Positions 18,687 through 27,681 of a stretch of DNA of 57,438 bases are shown one piece after another; positions within the stretch are counted from its first letter, which is position 1, and each line of letters begins with the position of its first letter. Made by a program: the position numbers and the translations under genes. This DNA comes from Eubacterium sp. (GTDB taxonomy: Bacteria > Bacillota > Clostridia > Lachnospirales > Lachnospiraceae), in the NCBI GenBank assembly GCA_016280325.1, contig JAEEGM010000137.1, positions 1 to 57,438 on the forward strand, written 5' to 3'. The notes below the pieces were generated by a model. It was not told the DNA's origin. It ran no database searches and was given only the letters and a program-made list of their open reading frames with translations.

Positions 18687-20981
18687 CTATGCCTCCAAAA
18701 GAAACTTCCTGGTCTTCTCAATCTCCGGTGGAATATCCACCCCGTTTTTCGTAAACTTGTGCATTACGTTAGTCAGATTCTTCTCCAACTTTTTCTGCTC
18801 CATCGTGTGTCGCTTCGCCGCATCCGCGTAAGATGTCTGCGTCACCAATCCGGCCGAAATCTCCTGCGAGATCGGACAGTAGGTAAACAGAATATCGCGG
18901 CTTACCTTGTTCAGGCGCATCGCGCCGACCGCCTCCTTCAGGATCCAGTCGGTATAATCCTTGGTAAAGACATCGCGGTGGCGATTGCCCGCTTGCGTTA
19001 ACTGCGCCTTTACCTTCTCCTTCTTCTCCGGTGAGAGCTCGGAGTTCTTTTTATAAAACTGCAGATAATCCGTATATTCACTGGTCAACGACGGGTAGCG
19101 GTAATTGTTCCAGTTCGCTCCCATATCGGTACGGCACTTCTCCCAGCGGAAATGCGCCATCATCCTGAGCACCATACCATCGATCCCGTTCTCGGACAGC
19201 GTCGGCATCAGGATACGCGCATGCGTGGTCTTGACCTTACCCTCGATATCCTGCCACATCTGACAGCCGCCTCCGCATACCGGAAACAGAATGAAATCCG
19301 GTGTGAAACGGTCGATATTGGTGAAGTTGTTGAGGTCGATCTCCTCGTAGAACGATCGGATCTCCCTGAAAAATATACTGTAGTCGATCTTCTCAACCTT
19401 GCGTACCGCCGCATTGATCGCCGCTCCGGTCACCGCTGCCGTCGACAGCGTCGTCAGGATTCCCTCCGAACACAGCACCGGAATAAAGGTGGAAATGTTT
19501 CCGTTGATCAGGCGATCCGCGTATTTAAAGAGGTTATCCACCTCAAAGTGGAGTTTTGCGTTGGCGTCACTCATCGCCGTGTCAAACGCTCTCTTATCCT
19601 TGGCATGATCCTTGCGAACATGCTCCTCGTAATCTTCGTCAAACTCATCCTTGGAGGGAAGCTTGCGTCCCTCGTAGATCTCCTTCAGCCACTCGGCCAT
19701 CGTGTAAATATGACAGTCGAGCTGCCCCGCCCCGATATCCGGCAGGGAGATCAGCGTCCTCAAGTCCTCCTCCGTCAGGAGTTCCTCGCTCGCGTAGCCA
19801 TAGGTTAAAAATAACTTCACGGCCAAAGGCGGCTTGGGATCGTTGAAGCTTCGTTTCACCGCTGCTTCGTAAACAATAAAGAACGGCTCGGTGACTTTTT
19901 TCCGGACAGCCATCGCTTCCTTCGTCCGTCCGAACTTATCCGTCAGGCGCATAAACGCGTCAAGCGAATCGCGAAAGTTTTTGCCGACCTCTTCGTCCAC
20001 GCCGCTGTACTCAATGATCTGCGTGAGCGATCCGTTCAGAACACTCAGATCCTGCTCGTCGATCTCGACCTCCGCATGGATATCATCGGAAAGCAGAGCC
20101 ATGTACAGCGCCTGCATATGCGTACGATTGAGTTTCGGATCGGTACCAACCGTCTCGATCAGCACGGTCTCCACCTCGTCGATCTTGGCGATCAACTCGT
20201 CCACCAACGCGGACAGGCGTTCATTTTTCTGACCGGACTTCTTGATATCAAGCGCGGTACGTGTAACAAACGTGAAAAGATTTTTCTCGTCCATGATCAG
20301 TGAACGGAAAAACTTGAATACCCATTCTCCGTAGATGCGGCAGCCGTCAATCAACGGCGGGAAGAGTTCGCACTGTTCCATGTAATGCCGGAAGGCGATC
20401 AGGGATTTGGCTCCTAAAAATGCCCGCTGTGCTTCGACCTCCACGCTTGCCGCTTCCAGGTAGTAGTTAACTCCCGACGGGAGCTTCGGATCCTCGATAA
20501 TCTCCGCCTCCAGACGTGCCAAGGACGGAACTTCCTGCGGGATCACGCCTGAATCCTGCGCCTCCTTCTGATAGGTGGCGTAACTCGCGATAAGAAATTC
20601 CCGCATCTCGTGTACGGTCGACTGGAGCTTTTTAAAGGCTTTATTGAGATCACGAATCAAAAAGTTTTGAGACGTGACAAGAAGGCCCCTGTACTGAGCC
20701 TTCCCTTCAATCAGTTTTTTCACGCGGGAGACATCATTAACCGGGAGCGGATATACCGTCACCCCGTCTCCTGCCACATAAGTAAAGCTGTGCTCACCAC
20801 GGAGCACATCACATATTCCAAGGAAATTTCCACTGCCGAGTGTAACCAAAATACCCGATGAGCGCACAGCGACGCGTCCCTTTAACACGAGGGCTACGCA
20901 TGTTAACTCATCACCCTTCTCAAAGATCACGGTACCCTTTGCGACCGGGGTGGTTTCATTGATCGTAAGTTCTGCAGCCAT
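18687..20981 (-). CDS. Cyclic nucleotide-binding domain-containing protein with large unknown C-terminal region
   Basis: N-terminal cNMP/Crp-type barrel (KGTVIFEKGD...VLKGRV...LGSGNFLG); GAGGAG RBS; no HTH recognised. Confidence 0.8.
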   Translation of the reverse strand: MAAELTINETTPVAKGTVIFEKGDELTCVALVLKGRVAVRSSGILVTLGSGNFLGICDVLRGEHSFTYVAGDGVTVYPLPVNDVSRVKKLIEGKAQYRGLLVTSQNFLIRDLNKAFKKLQSTVHEMREFLIASYATYQKEAQDSGVIPQEVPSLARLEAEIIEDPKLPSGVNYYLEAASVEVEAQRAFLGAKSLIAFRHYMEQCELFPPLIDGCRIYGEWVFKFFRSLIMDEKNLFTFVTRTALDIKKSGQKNERLSALVDELIAKIDEVETVLIETVGTDPKLNRTHMQALYMALLSDDIHAEVEIDEQDLSVLNGSLTQIIEYSGVDEEVGKNFRDSLDAFMRLTDKFGRTKEAMAVRKKVTEPFFIVYEAAVKRSFNDPKPPLAVKLFLTYGYASEELLTEEDLRTLISLPDIGAGQLDCHIYTMAEWLKEIYEGRKLPSKDEFDEDYEEHVRKDHAKDKRAFDTAMSDANAKLHFEVDNLFKYADRLINGNISTFIPVLCSEGILTTLSTAAVTGAAINAAVRKVEKIDYSIFFREIRSFYEEIDLNNFTNIDRFTPDFILFPVCGGGCQMWQDIEGKVKTTHARILMPTLSENGIDGMVLRMMAHFRWEKCRTDMGANWNNYRYPSLTSEYTDYLQFYKKNSELSPEKKEKVKAQLTQAGNRHRDVFTKDYTDWILKEAVGAMRLNKVSRDILFTYCPISQEISAGLVTQTSYADAAKRHTMEQKKLEKNLTNVMHKFTKNGVDIPPEIEKTRKFLLEA

Positions 20982-21003
20982 TGGTTCTCCTCAAGTATTA
21001 AAA

Positions 21004-21268
21004 TCCGTGCGCCTCACTTCGAATCTGCTCCTTCAGACGTTACCGCAGCAGTAAACTCGGTCCAGGTGACCCCACGACACACAAGAAGCATCGCTTAGTG
21101 CTGCTTCGTTCCCGACCTGACACGGTTCACGAGTCCTCGTTGCATAGGACCCAAACGTCAACGCCACTTTCCGCGGGCAGCTCCATAAAAACAAACCCTC
21201 TGTGAGACAACACCCCTGCTAGAGCGGATTGCAGGTACAGGGCACCGCTAACTCCCCGGCTGCACGGA
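21004..21268 (-). ncRNA. ffs: Signal recognition particle RNA, large (Bacillus/Clostridia) type
   Basis: Minus strand has the Alu-like 5' GGGGAGTTAGCGGTGCCCTGTACCTGCAATCCGCT and helix 8 CCGTGTCAGGTCGGGAACGAAGCAGCA. The ends pair (CCGTGC/GCACGG); length about 265 nt. Confidence 0.93.
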
Positions 21269-21281
21269 AATATAAACTGTA

Positions 21282-23447
21282 TTACTTAGCGCCATTGCTC
21301 AGATCCGCTGAATCGTAGTGAATAGCGATCTGCTTTTTATCGTACATCTTGTAGAATTCCATCATGATACGATCGGTCACAACGTGAACCTGATCCTCAT
21401 CCATATTGAGCAACAGCACGATTCGCTGGGTTGCGCTATACTTGGTCGTCGCATCCACGCTTCGGATGGACTTCAGGATCGCACGTTCCAGGATCGTCAT
21501 CACACGCTCGGTCTCATCAACCGTAACCCGGTGCTCCTGATCGGACATCAGGGTAAAGAGCAACAGGCGTACATGCTGGTGATTGCGCTCCGCGACATCG
21601 GTAATGTAATTCAACATCGTGGTAAATGCCGGAAGATCGACATCCAAGCCTCCCTTGTCGCGTTTGCGATTCTTCAGGACACCCACGAGAGCTTTCAGAT
21701 CCGCCGAAGCCTTCTCCTGTCTCTCGATCTCTTCCTGACCGCGCCAGTGAATGTAATAGCCGTCCTCACTCTGGTGCTTAGCCACATAAAGGGCTTTATC
21801 CGCACGTTCATAAACAACGTTAAACTCTTCCTTCTCGTGATCGATCATCGAAATACCGATCGATACATTCAGCTTGCCAAGTGCGACCTGCTCATTTTTC
21901 TTAGTATTGAGCTTCTCGCGGAACTTCTCAGCCATACGCGTCGCATGCTCCGGTGTCAATACACGCGGGAATACTGCGACAAACTCGTCGGCGCCGAAGC
22001 GTGCCACGATGCCCTTCTCGCGGAAGGATCCGATCAGCTTCGCTACGGTCTGCAGATAGATGTCGCCGACCATATAACCCTCGGTCTCGTTGACAACATG
22101 GAACTGATCGATGTCGAAGATGAACATCGTCCCCTGTCCCTGGCGGGTCGCCTCCTGCAGAAGCTTCAGTCCGTAATTGCGGTTGTAAGCGCCGGTCAAC
22201 TCGTCGTGCATGTAGTTGTTGGCCAGCTGCTCCTCCTGCTTCTCCATGACACGGGAGAGAAGCTCGGTCGCTTCGCGTACTTCCTTCGGCTCCTCGTAGT
22301 GCTCCTCCTGAATAAGGCGTCCTTCTCTGAGGAGATTCAGCATCGCCGTTCCTGCCTGCGGATCAAACTGGGTTCCGATACCCTTCTCGATCTCCTCGAC
22401 CACGATCGCGGGATCCAGGCGATTACGATAAATACGTGTACTTGTCATCGCGTCATAAGCATCGGCCACGGCGATGATACGTGCGATCATCGGAATCTCT
22501 TCACCCTCGAGGCCTTCCGGATACCCCTTACCGTCATAGCGCTCATGGTGATACTTCGCACCGACATCGATCTCGGGAATCATACCGATATCCTTCAGGA
22601 TGTCGGCACCGATCACGGTGTGGTTCTTCATCAACTGGTATTCATCATCGGTGAGCTTGCCCGGCTTGTTGAGAACCGAATCCGGCACACCGATTTTTCC
22701 GATATCATGGAGCAGGGCGATAAACTTGATATCCGCGATCTCGCTCTCCGAATAGCCAAGTTCCTTCGCTATGCTGCCGGAGTAATCCGACACACGGCGG
22801 GAGTGGCCCTGTGTATACTCGTCCTTCGCATCGATCGTGTTCGCGATGGTACGGATCGTCGCGATGGTCATCTGCTGCATATCTTCACGGAACTTGGTAT
22901 TTTTCTTGTCGATCATGCCATAGATCTTCGCCCCGACAGCCGAAGCCGCGAAGCACAGGATCAGACAGGCGAAACGGATCTCCACCTCGGCAACATCCTC
23001 CGCGGATACGCGTCCCGTCGATAATTCCATCGATATCTGAGCGATATTGATACCGATCGCCGCGGTTCCCGTCAAAAGGATCAAGCCTATATCATGATAG
23101 AGAACCATCAATGACAGAAGCGGAAGCACATAGGTAAAAATCAGCGGCGTATGGCCTGTGAACATGACGTAGGTGTACATGATCAGATAACCGACCAAAA
23201 CCATATAGCGCAGATAGAACCACGCCGGCCTCCAGTGATAGAGTATAAAGACGATAAGCGCCGGTACCAGGGTAGCCAATGAGAACCATAGGTAATACGA
23301 CTCGGTACGATACCCTCGGAATACCTCGATCCCATAAGTTATCATAAGGACAACGACGATCACAATCCAGCCGTAAACCAATCCGGCATTCAGTTTCTCG
23401 TCACCCGGCCTGTCCTCTCTTTTTTCAAAATGAAACCGTTCGAACAT
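21282..23447 (-). CDS. Membrane-bound HD-GYP + GGDEF-like protein
   Basis: About 6 TMs; LLHDIGKIG and HHERYDGKGYP; DELTGAYNR, DIDQF and RFGADEF (non-canonical active-site motif). Confidence 0.92.
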   Translation of the reverse strand: MFERFHFEKREDRPGDEKLNAGLVYGWIVIVVVLMITYGIEVFRGYRTESYYLWFSLATLVPALIVFILYHWRPAWFYLRYMVLVGYLIMYTYVMFTGHTPLIFTYVLPLLSLMVLYHDIGLILLTGTAAIGINIAQISMELSTGRVSAEDVAEVEIRFACLILCFAASAVGAKIYGMIDKKNTKFREDMQQMTIATIRTIANTIDAKDEYTQGHSRRVSDYSGSIAKELGYSESEIADIKFIALLHDIGKIGVPDSVLNKPGKLTDDEYQLMKNHTVIGADILKDIGMIPEIDVGAKYHHERYDGKGYPEGLEGEEIPMIARIIAVADAYDAMTSTRIYRNRLDPAIVVEEIEKGIGTQFDPQAGTAMLNLLREGRLIQEEHYEEPKEVREATELLSRVMEKQEEQLANNYMHDELTGAYNRNYGLKLLQEATRQGQGTMFIFDIDQFHVVNETEGYMVGDIYLQTVAKLIGSFREKGIVARFGADEFVAVFPRVLTPEHATRMAEKFREKLNTKKNEQVALGKLNVSIGISMIDHEKEEFNVVYERADKALYVAKHQSEDGYYIHWRGQEEIERQEKASADLKALVGVLKNRKRDKGGLDVDLPAFTTMLNYITDVAERNHQHVRLLLFTLMSDQEHRVTVDETERVMTILERAILKSIRSVDATTKYSATQRIVLLLNMDEDQVHVVTDRIMMEFYKMYDKKQIAIHYDSADLSNGAK

Positions 23448-23491
23448 ATCCGTTTTCAGCCGACTTTCGTCGACTATCCCCTCTCTGTTTT

Positions 23492-23968
23492 CTATCTGTT
23501 ATCAGATGTTTTCTTCTTTTTTTCTCGTAAATCTCTGAAAAATCCGCTCATCATCGTACGGCATTCCTCTTCGCACACACCGTCCGTCAGTGCAACCCGG
23601 TGATTGAAGCCTGCCACTTGGAACAGATCCAGTACCGAGCCGGCACATCCGGCCTTGGGATTCCTCGCGCCAAGCACCACACGCGGTATCCTGGCCTGCA
23701 CGATCGCGCCCGCACACATCGGACACGGCTCCAGCGTCACATACAACGTACAGTCTTCCAATCGCCAGTCTCCTACCCGCTTCGATGCCTGTTCGATCGC
23801 AAAAATCTCCGCATGTGCAAGCACCCGCTTCTGATGATCCCTTCGGTTATATCCCTTCCCGATGATCTTTCCGTCGCGAACGATCACGCATCCGATCGGT
23901 GTTTCGTCTTTCCGATATGCCTTTTGGGCCAGTCGGATCGCTTCCAGCATAAATCGTTCATCGTCCAT
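23492..23968 (-). CDS. tadA: tRNA adenosine(34) deaminase
   Basis: HAE, WRLEDCTLYVTLEPCPMCAGA and FFRDLR. Confidence 0.95.
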   Translation of the reverse strand: MDDERFMLEAIRLAQKAYRKDETPIGCVIVRDGKIIGKGYNRRDHQKRVLAHAEIFAIEQASKRVGDWRLEDCTLYVTLEPCPMCAGAIVQARIPRVVLGARNPKAGCAGSVLDLFQVAGFNHRVALTDGVCEEECRTMMSGFFRDLREKKKKTSDNR

Positions 23969-24134
23969 GACGCGACAAGCCTCCTCCGTATCTTGTGTAT
24001 CAAAACGCTATCGGTACACGATGGTGTGTATCAATCGCATTTTGCCATGAATACGCAGATTTTCATATATATAATATACTCGATAATGCCAAAAAATACA
24101 ACCATAAATTCGTTTTTTTCGCAAAAAATGTCAC

Positions 24135-24163
24135 TTGAAAAATCAACCCTCACCCATTATAAT
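24135..24163 (+). promoter_or_regulatory. Sigma-A promoter of trpS
   Basis: TTGAAA-17 nt-TATAAT. Confidence 0.75.
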
Positions 24164-24242
24164 AGAGTGATGGGTGTATCGATAAGACATCTCCTGTCGA
24201 ATGGATATCCCGGATCGTATATTTTTTAGGAGGACATTTTTG

Positions 24243-25289
24243 ATGAAAAAGATTATTCTGACCGGCGACCGCCCTACGGGACGGCTTCATGTCGGGCATT
24301 ACGTGGGATCACTCAGACGTCGTGTGGAGCTGCAGAATTCCGGCGAGTACGACGAGATCCATATTATGATTGCGGACGCGCAGGCGCTGACGGACAACGC
24401 GGACAATCCGGAGAAGGTTCGTCAGAACATCTCCGAGGTGGCTCTTGACTACCTTTCCTGCGGGATTGACCCGGAGAAGACCAATCTCCTGGTGCAGTCC
24501 TACATCGCGGAGCTCACGGAGCTGACCTTCTACTACTCCAATCTTGTGACCGTATCGAGACTGCAGCGGAATCCTACCGTAAAGTCGGAGATCCAGATGC
24601 GTGGCTTTCACTCGAGTATTCCGGTTGGCTTTTTCACGTATCCGATCAGCCAGGCGGCCGATATCACTGCCTTCAAAGCCACAACCGTGCCGGTAGGCGA
24701 GGATCAGCTGCCGATGTTGGAACAGGCTCGCGAGATCGTAAGGAGCTTCAACTCCACTTATGACGAGGTTTTAGTCGAGCCGAAAGCGCTTCTTCCGGAG
24801 AACCAGGTCTGCTCAAGGCTTCCCGGTATCGACGGAAAGGCCAAGATGAGTAAATCTCTCGGCAACTGCATCTATCTTTCCGATGATCCGGAGGATATCC
24901 GCAAGAAAGTGATGAGCATGTTTACCGACCCGAATCATATCCGCGTCGAGGATCCGGGATCCCTTGAAGGCAATACCGTCTTCACCTACCTGGATGCTTT
25001 CTGCAAGGACGAACTGTTCGCCGAGCATCTGCCGGAGTATCAGAATCTGCAGGAAATGAAAGATCACTACACCAGAGGCGGCCTCGGTGATGTCAAAGTG
25101 AAAAAGTTCCTCTACCAGGTATTGATGGAGGAGTTGTCGCCGATCCAGGCTCGTCGCAAGGAGCTGGAAAAAGACGTTCCGGCCGTAATGGAGATATTAA
25201 GAAAGGGCAGCATCGCCGCCCGTGAGATCGCCGCCAACACCCTCTCCGAGGTGAAGGAAGCGATGAAGATTAACTACTGGAGCGAATAG
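24243..25289 (+). CDS. trpS: Tryptophan--tRNA ligase
   Basis: [20 protein letters not shown] and KMSKS. Start placed at ATG 24243 after AGGAGG. Confidence 0.97.
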   Translation: MKKIILTGDRPTGRLHVGHYVGSLRRRVELQNSGEYDEIHIMIADAQALTDNADNPEKVRQNISEVALDYLSCGIDPEKTNLLVQSYIAELTELTFYYSNLVTVSRLQRNPTVKSEIQMRGFHSSIPVGFFTYPISQAADITAFKATTVPVGEDQLPMLEQAREIVRSFNSTYDEVLVEPKALLPENQVCSRLPGIDGKAKMSKSLGNCIYLSDDPEDIRKKVMSMFTDPNHIRVEDPGSLEGNTVFTYLDAFCKDELFAEHLPEYQNLQEMKDHYTRGGLGDVKVKKFLYQVLMEELSPIQARRKELEKDVPAVMEILRKGSIAAREIAANTLSEVKEAMKINYWSE

Positions 25290-25323
25290 AGACCAAGTCC
25301 AACGGACGACACGTGACCGTAGG

Positions 25324-25953
25324 TCACATGTCGGGCCTTATTCGCTTTCCTAACTCCGGACCCACACTCACCGCGATCACAATCTTGATCAGATCGCCCG
25401 GGATAAACGGGATGACACAGAGCATCAGCGCAGCGCCGACCGGCGTCCCGGTGGAAATGACAAACCAAACGGTTCCCAACAGATACAGCACCGCCGTCGC
25501 GACGATCATCCCAAGCCCCTCGAACACACGACGCATTATGATCTCGCGCTTACTATGAACATGACCCAACCCTGCTTCAGAAGTTCGTTCTGAGGCAGGT
25601 TTTTTTTCTTTTCTTCTCTCCACAAGTCCGATGAAAAGGCCTGCGATAAGAACCATCGGCAGATAACCGATCAGATAGCCGCCGGTCGGTCCCACAAGTT
25701 TTCCGAAACCACCCTGAAACCCGGTAAAGACCGGCATACCTGCCAGTCCGAGCAACAGATATAACAGGCACGCGACCGAAGCATAATTCACGCCGAGCAC
25801 ATAGATCGACACATACAATAAAAACGTCATCAGCGATATAGGTACCGGACCAATCGGAATCGAGGCCGGGCCGACGACGCAGAAAATAGCGGCCGCTAAT
25901 GCCGTAAGGATCATTTTTACCAGATAACCGGAAGTTGCTGTTCGTTCTTTCAT
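25324..25953 (-). CDS. bioY: Biotin transporter BioY (ECF S component)
   Basis: PVPISL, YLLLGLAGMPVF, GPTGGYLIG and PFIPGDLIK. Confidence 0.93.
   Translation of the reverse strand: MKERTATSGYLVKMILTALAAAIFCVVGPASIPIGPVPISLMTFLLYVSIYVLGVNYASVACLLYLLLGLAGMPVFTGFQGGFGKLVGPTGGYLIGYLPMVLIAGLFIGLVERRKEKKPASERTSEAGLGHVHSKREIIMRRVFEGLGMIVATAVLYLLGTVWFVISTGTPVGAALMLCVIPFIPGDLIKIVIAVSVGPELGKRIRPDM
25571..25607 (+). terminator. Probable trpS terminator lying inside bioY (antisense)
   Basis: CCTGCTTCAGAA-GTTCG-TTCTGAGGCAGG followed by 8 T; the single wobble is G-U on the + strand. Confidence 0.65.
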
Positions 25954-26061
25954 GGATGTATTCCCCTTTTCGGATTTATTTGGCCTACAACTCCCACGCC
26001 ATCACCGGCGCGAAAAGCCATTGCTATCAGTGTAGCGTTTTTGTGTCGAGACGTCAAGTCT

Positions 26062-26079
26062 TTATCCACATTATGCACA
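26062..26079 (+). promoter_or_regulatory. Two head-to-tail DnaA-box matches
   Basis: TTATCCACA (26062-26070) is immediately followed by TTATGCACA (26071-26079). Both fit TTATNCACA. Confidence 0.6.
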
Positions 26080-26140
26080 AAAAAAACGTGTTACGTTGCT
26101 ATTTGTCTACGAACGGCGGAAAAATCGCTACCAAAGGCAC

Positions 26141-26170
26141 TTGAAACCGGCCTCCCCTCCGCGGTATAAT
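26141..26170 (+). promoter_or_regulatory. Sigma-A promoter of the small ORF
   Basis: TTGAAA-18 nt-TATAAT. Confidence 0.6.
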
Positions 26171-26315
26171 AAGGGTACGTCGATTACACCAGGAAGGGAG
26201 GACTTACCAAGTCGGATATGTGAACAGAATCGAATATGTGAACCCCATCGACGATGCGGAAGATACATCACGGGAGCACCTTCTGCTATTACTATTTTCG
26301 AAGGGGGAGTGATAA

Positions 26316-26525
26316 ATGGAACCGAGAATTCGATTTTTGGATCAACTGAACTATGCCATGTCGCACGGAATCGGGGTTGACGTCGAAGGTGAACCTGTTT
26401 CCAACCGAAAGCCGCAGGATGTGGTTAAGATCATGCAACGCGGAAGCTATATGGTAGATTACGAGAGTGATCTGCGGGGACATATCACCGCGATCCATAT
26501 CAACAATGTTAATCGTGTAGTTTAA
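26316..26525 (+). CDS. Small hypothetical protein (69 aa)
   Basis: GGGGGAG RBS, own promoter and downstream terminator; YMVDY...G.I..I motif. Confidence 0.75.
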   Translation: MEPRIRFLDQLNYAMSHGIGVDVEGEPVSNRKPQDVVKIMQRGSYMVDYESDLRGHITAIHINNVNRVV

Positions 26526-26568
26526 TGGTCCGTGAAGAAACACTCGTACATTTCTTATCTATATGCAA

Positions 26569-26599
26569 AATGAGCCACCGGAGTTTTCGGTGGCTCATT
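26569..26599. terminator. Hairpin between convergent genes (probable bidirectional terminator)
   Basis: AATGAGCCACCG-GAGTTTT-CGGTGGCTCATT. Confidence 0.7.
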
Positions 26600-26623
26600 A
26601 CATATCTTAACCATCTGCTTTCA

Positions 26624-27448
26624 TCAAAGTCTCGCGAGTTGAGCAAGCGCTTTATCCTTGATGATGATCTTGTAATGCTCATTAAAGTAATCCTGCGTCG
26701 CGTAGGTCACAGGCTCCTCCAAACCGTACTCGGAAATCGTTGAGCAAACGGAATGAAACGCATGCTTTCCGCTGCCACGGTTCAACAACAGATAATACTT
26801 CTTTCCTGCCGTGTCCTTCCAGATCGTGTTCTTGCCGGAATAGTTTCCGTTTACGCGGTGAGCCGCCTCAATGATCGGGTTGATCGAAACAAAGGAGAAT
26901 ACCTTGATCCGCTCATGGATGTTGTCCGCGCGCTTCTGCTTGGAAGGCTTCTTGTCCGAACCGGTTCCCTGCAGAGCCTCTGCCAACGGGATAAACTTCG
27001 CGTCCGTCTCGCTGTCGGCATCTTCTCCCGACTTGTCATATAACTGGTCAAGGCAATCCATCAGATTATCGAAGCTCGCCGGATTCATATCATCACTCTC
27101 CTCGAAGAACGTGTCGTTCTCCGAATCAATATCCAGCTCATCGTCATAGGCTTCCTCCGCGGGGATATTGAAGTTCGCGAACTTCTCGTCGAATTCCTGC
27201 GGGTTATCCACCTTCGTGATCACCAACACCAGCGATTCTCTTGATGTCGGTATGGCCTCAATCATAAGCGGGATATCCTCCGCCTCAAATCCGAAATCAA
27301 TGTTCGCCTGCTCCATCATATCGCGGAAGAGTTCCTTCGCGCGCTCTGAGCCATAGGCCAGCTCGCTGATCTTCAGGTGTCTTTCGATCAGGTCCCGCTT
27401 GCTGAGTGTGCAGCGTATCTGGTTGTCGCTGATTCGTTCGATTCTCAT
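26624..27448 (-). CDS. mecA: Adaptor protein MecA
   Basis: MRIERISDNQIRCTL...LFRDMMEQA N-domain, acidic linker and SEYG...FNEH C-domain. Confidence 0.92.
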   Translation of the reverse strand: MRIERISDNQIRCTLSKRDLIERHLKISELAYGSERAKELFRDMMEQANIDFGFEAEDIPLMIEAIPTSRESLVLVITKVDNPQEFDEKFANFNIPAEEAYDDELDIDSENDTFFEESDDMNPASFDNLMDCLDQLYDKSGEDADSETDAKFIPLAEALQGTGSDKKPSKQKRADNIHERIKVFSFVSINPIIEAAHRVNGNYSGKNTIWKDTAGKKYYLLLNRGSGKHAFHSVCSTISEYGLEEPVTYATQDYFNEHYKIIIKDKALAQLARL

Positions 27449-27483
27449 AGGTCATACCTCCCTTCTGTCGTGTGGTTATATGA

Positions 27484-27512
27484 AGTATATCGGATAAATG
27501 TGGCAAAGTCAA
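27484..27512 (-). promoter_or_regulatory. Sigma-A promoter of mecA
   Basis: TTGACT-17 nt-TATACT. Confidence 0.7.
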
Positions 27513-27534
27513 GAGTATTCTTATTAATTTTTCT

Positions 27535-27681
27535 GCGCGAGCGCGGTCGGAGTCAACGAGCGTCAGCGCGGTCGGAGTCAACGAGCGTCAGCGCGGTCGG
27601 AGTTCTTCTTCTTCGACGCATCAGCGCGTCTCAGAAGAAAACTCCTGCCGCTGACGCATATCAGTCGCAAATCGCTCGCGC
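27535..27681. repeat. Palindromic element E3 with internal 25-bp tandem repeat
   Basis: Terminal IR GCGCGAGCG/CGCTCGCGC. AGCGCGGTCGGAGTCAACGAGCGTC occurs 2.5 times (27540-27603); core hairpin 27585-27657. Abuts the stop codon at 27682. Confidence 0.85.

Noticed and set aside
21318-23024. 568-aa + strand ORF (also 17116-18342, 36985-38037, 51480-52403, 54016-54924 and similar)
   Set aside because: These are antisense shadows of well-supported minus-strand genes, with no recognisable motifs.
24164-24242. T-box leader for trpS
   Set aside because: The leader is only about 75 nt, with no T-box motif or terminator.
26062-26079. Replication origin
   Set aside because: There are only two boxes, no dnaA/dnaN, and no switch in gene orientation across the site.
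27540-27603. CRISPR array
   Set aside because: The repeats are contiguous with no unique spacers, and there are no cas genes.
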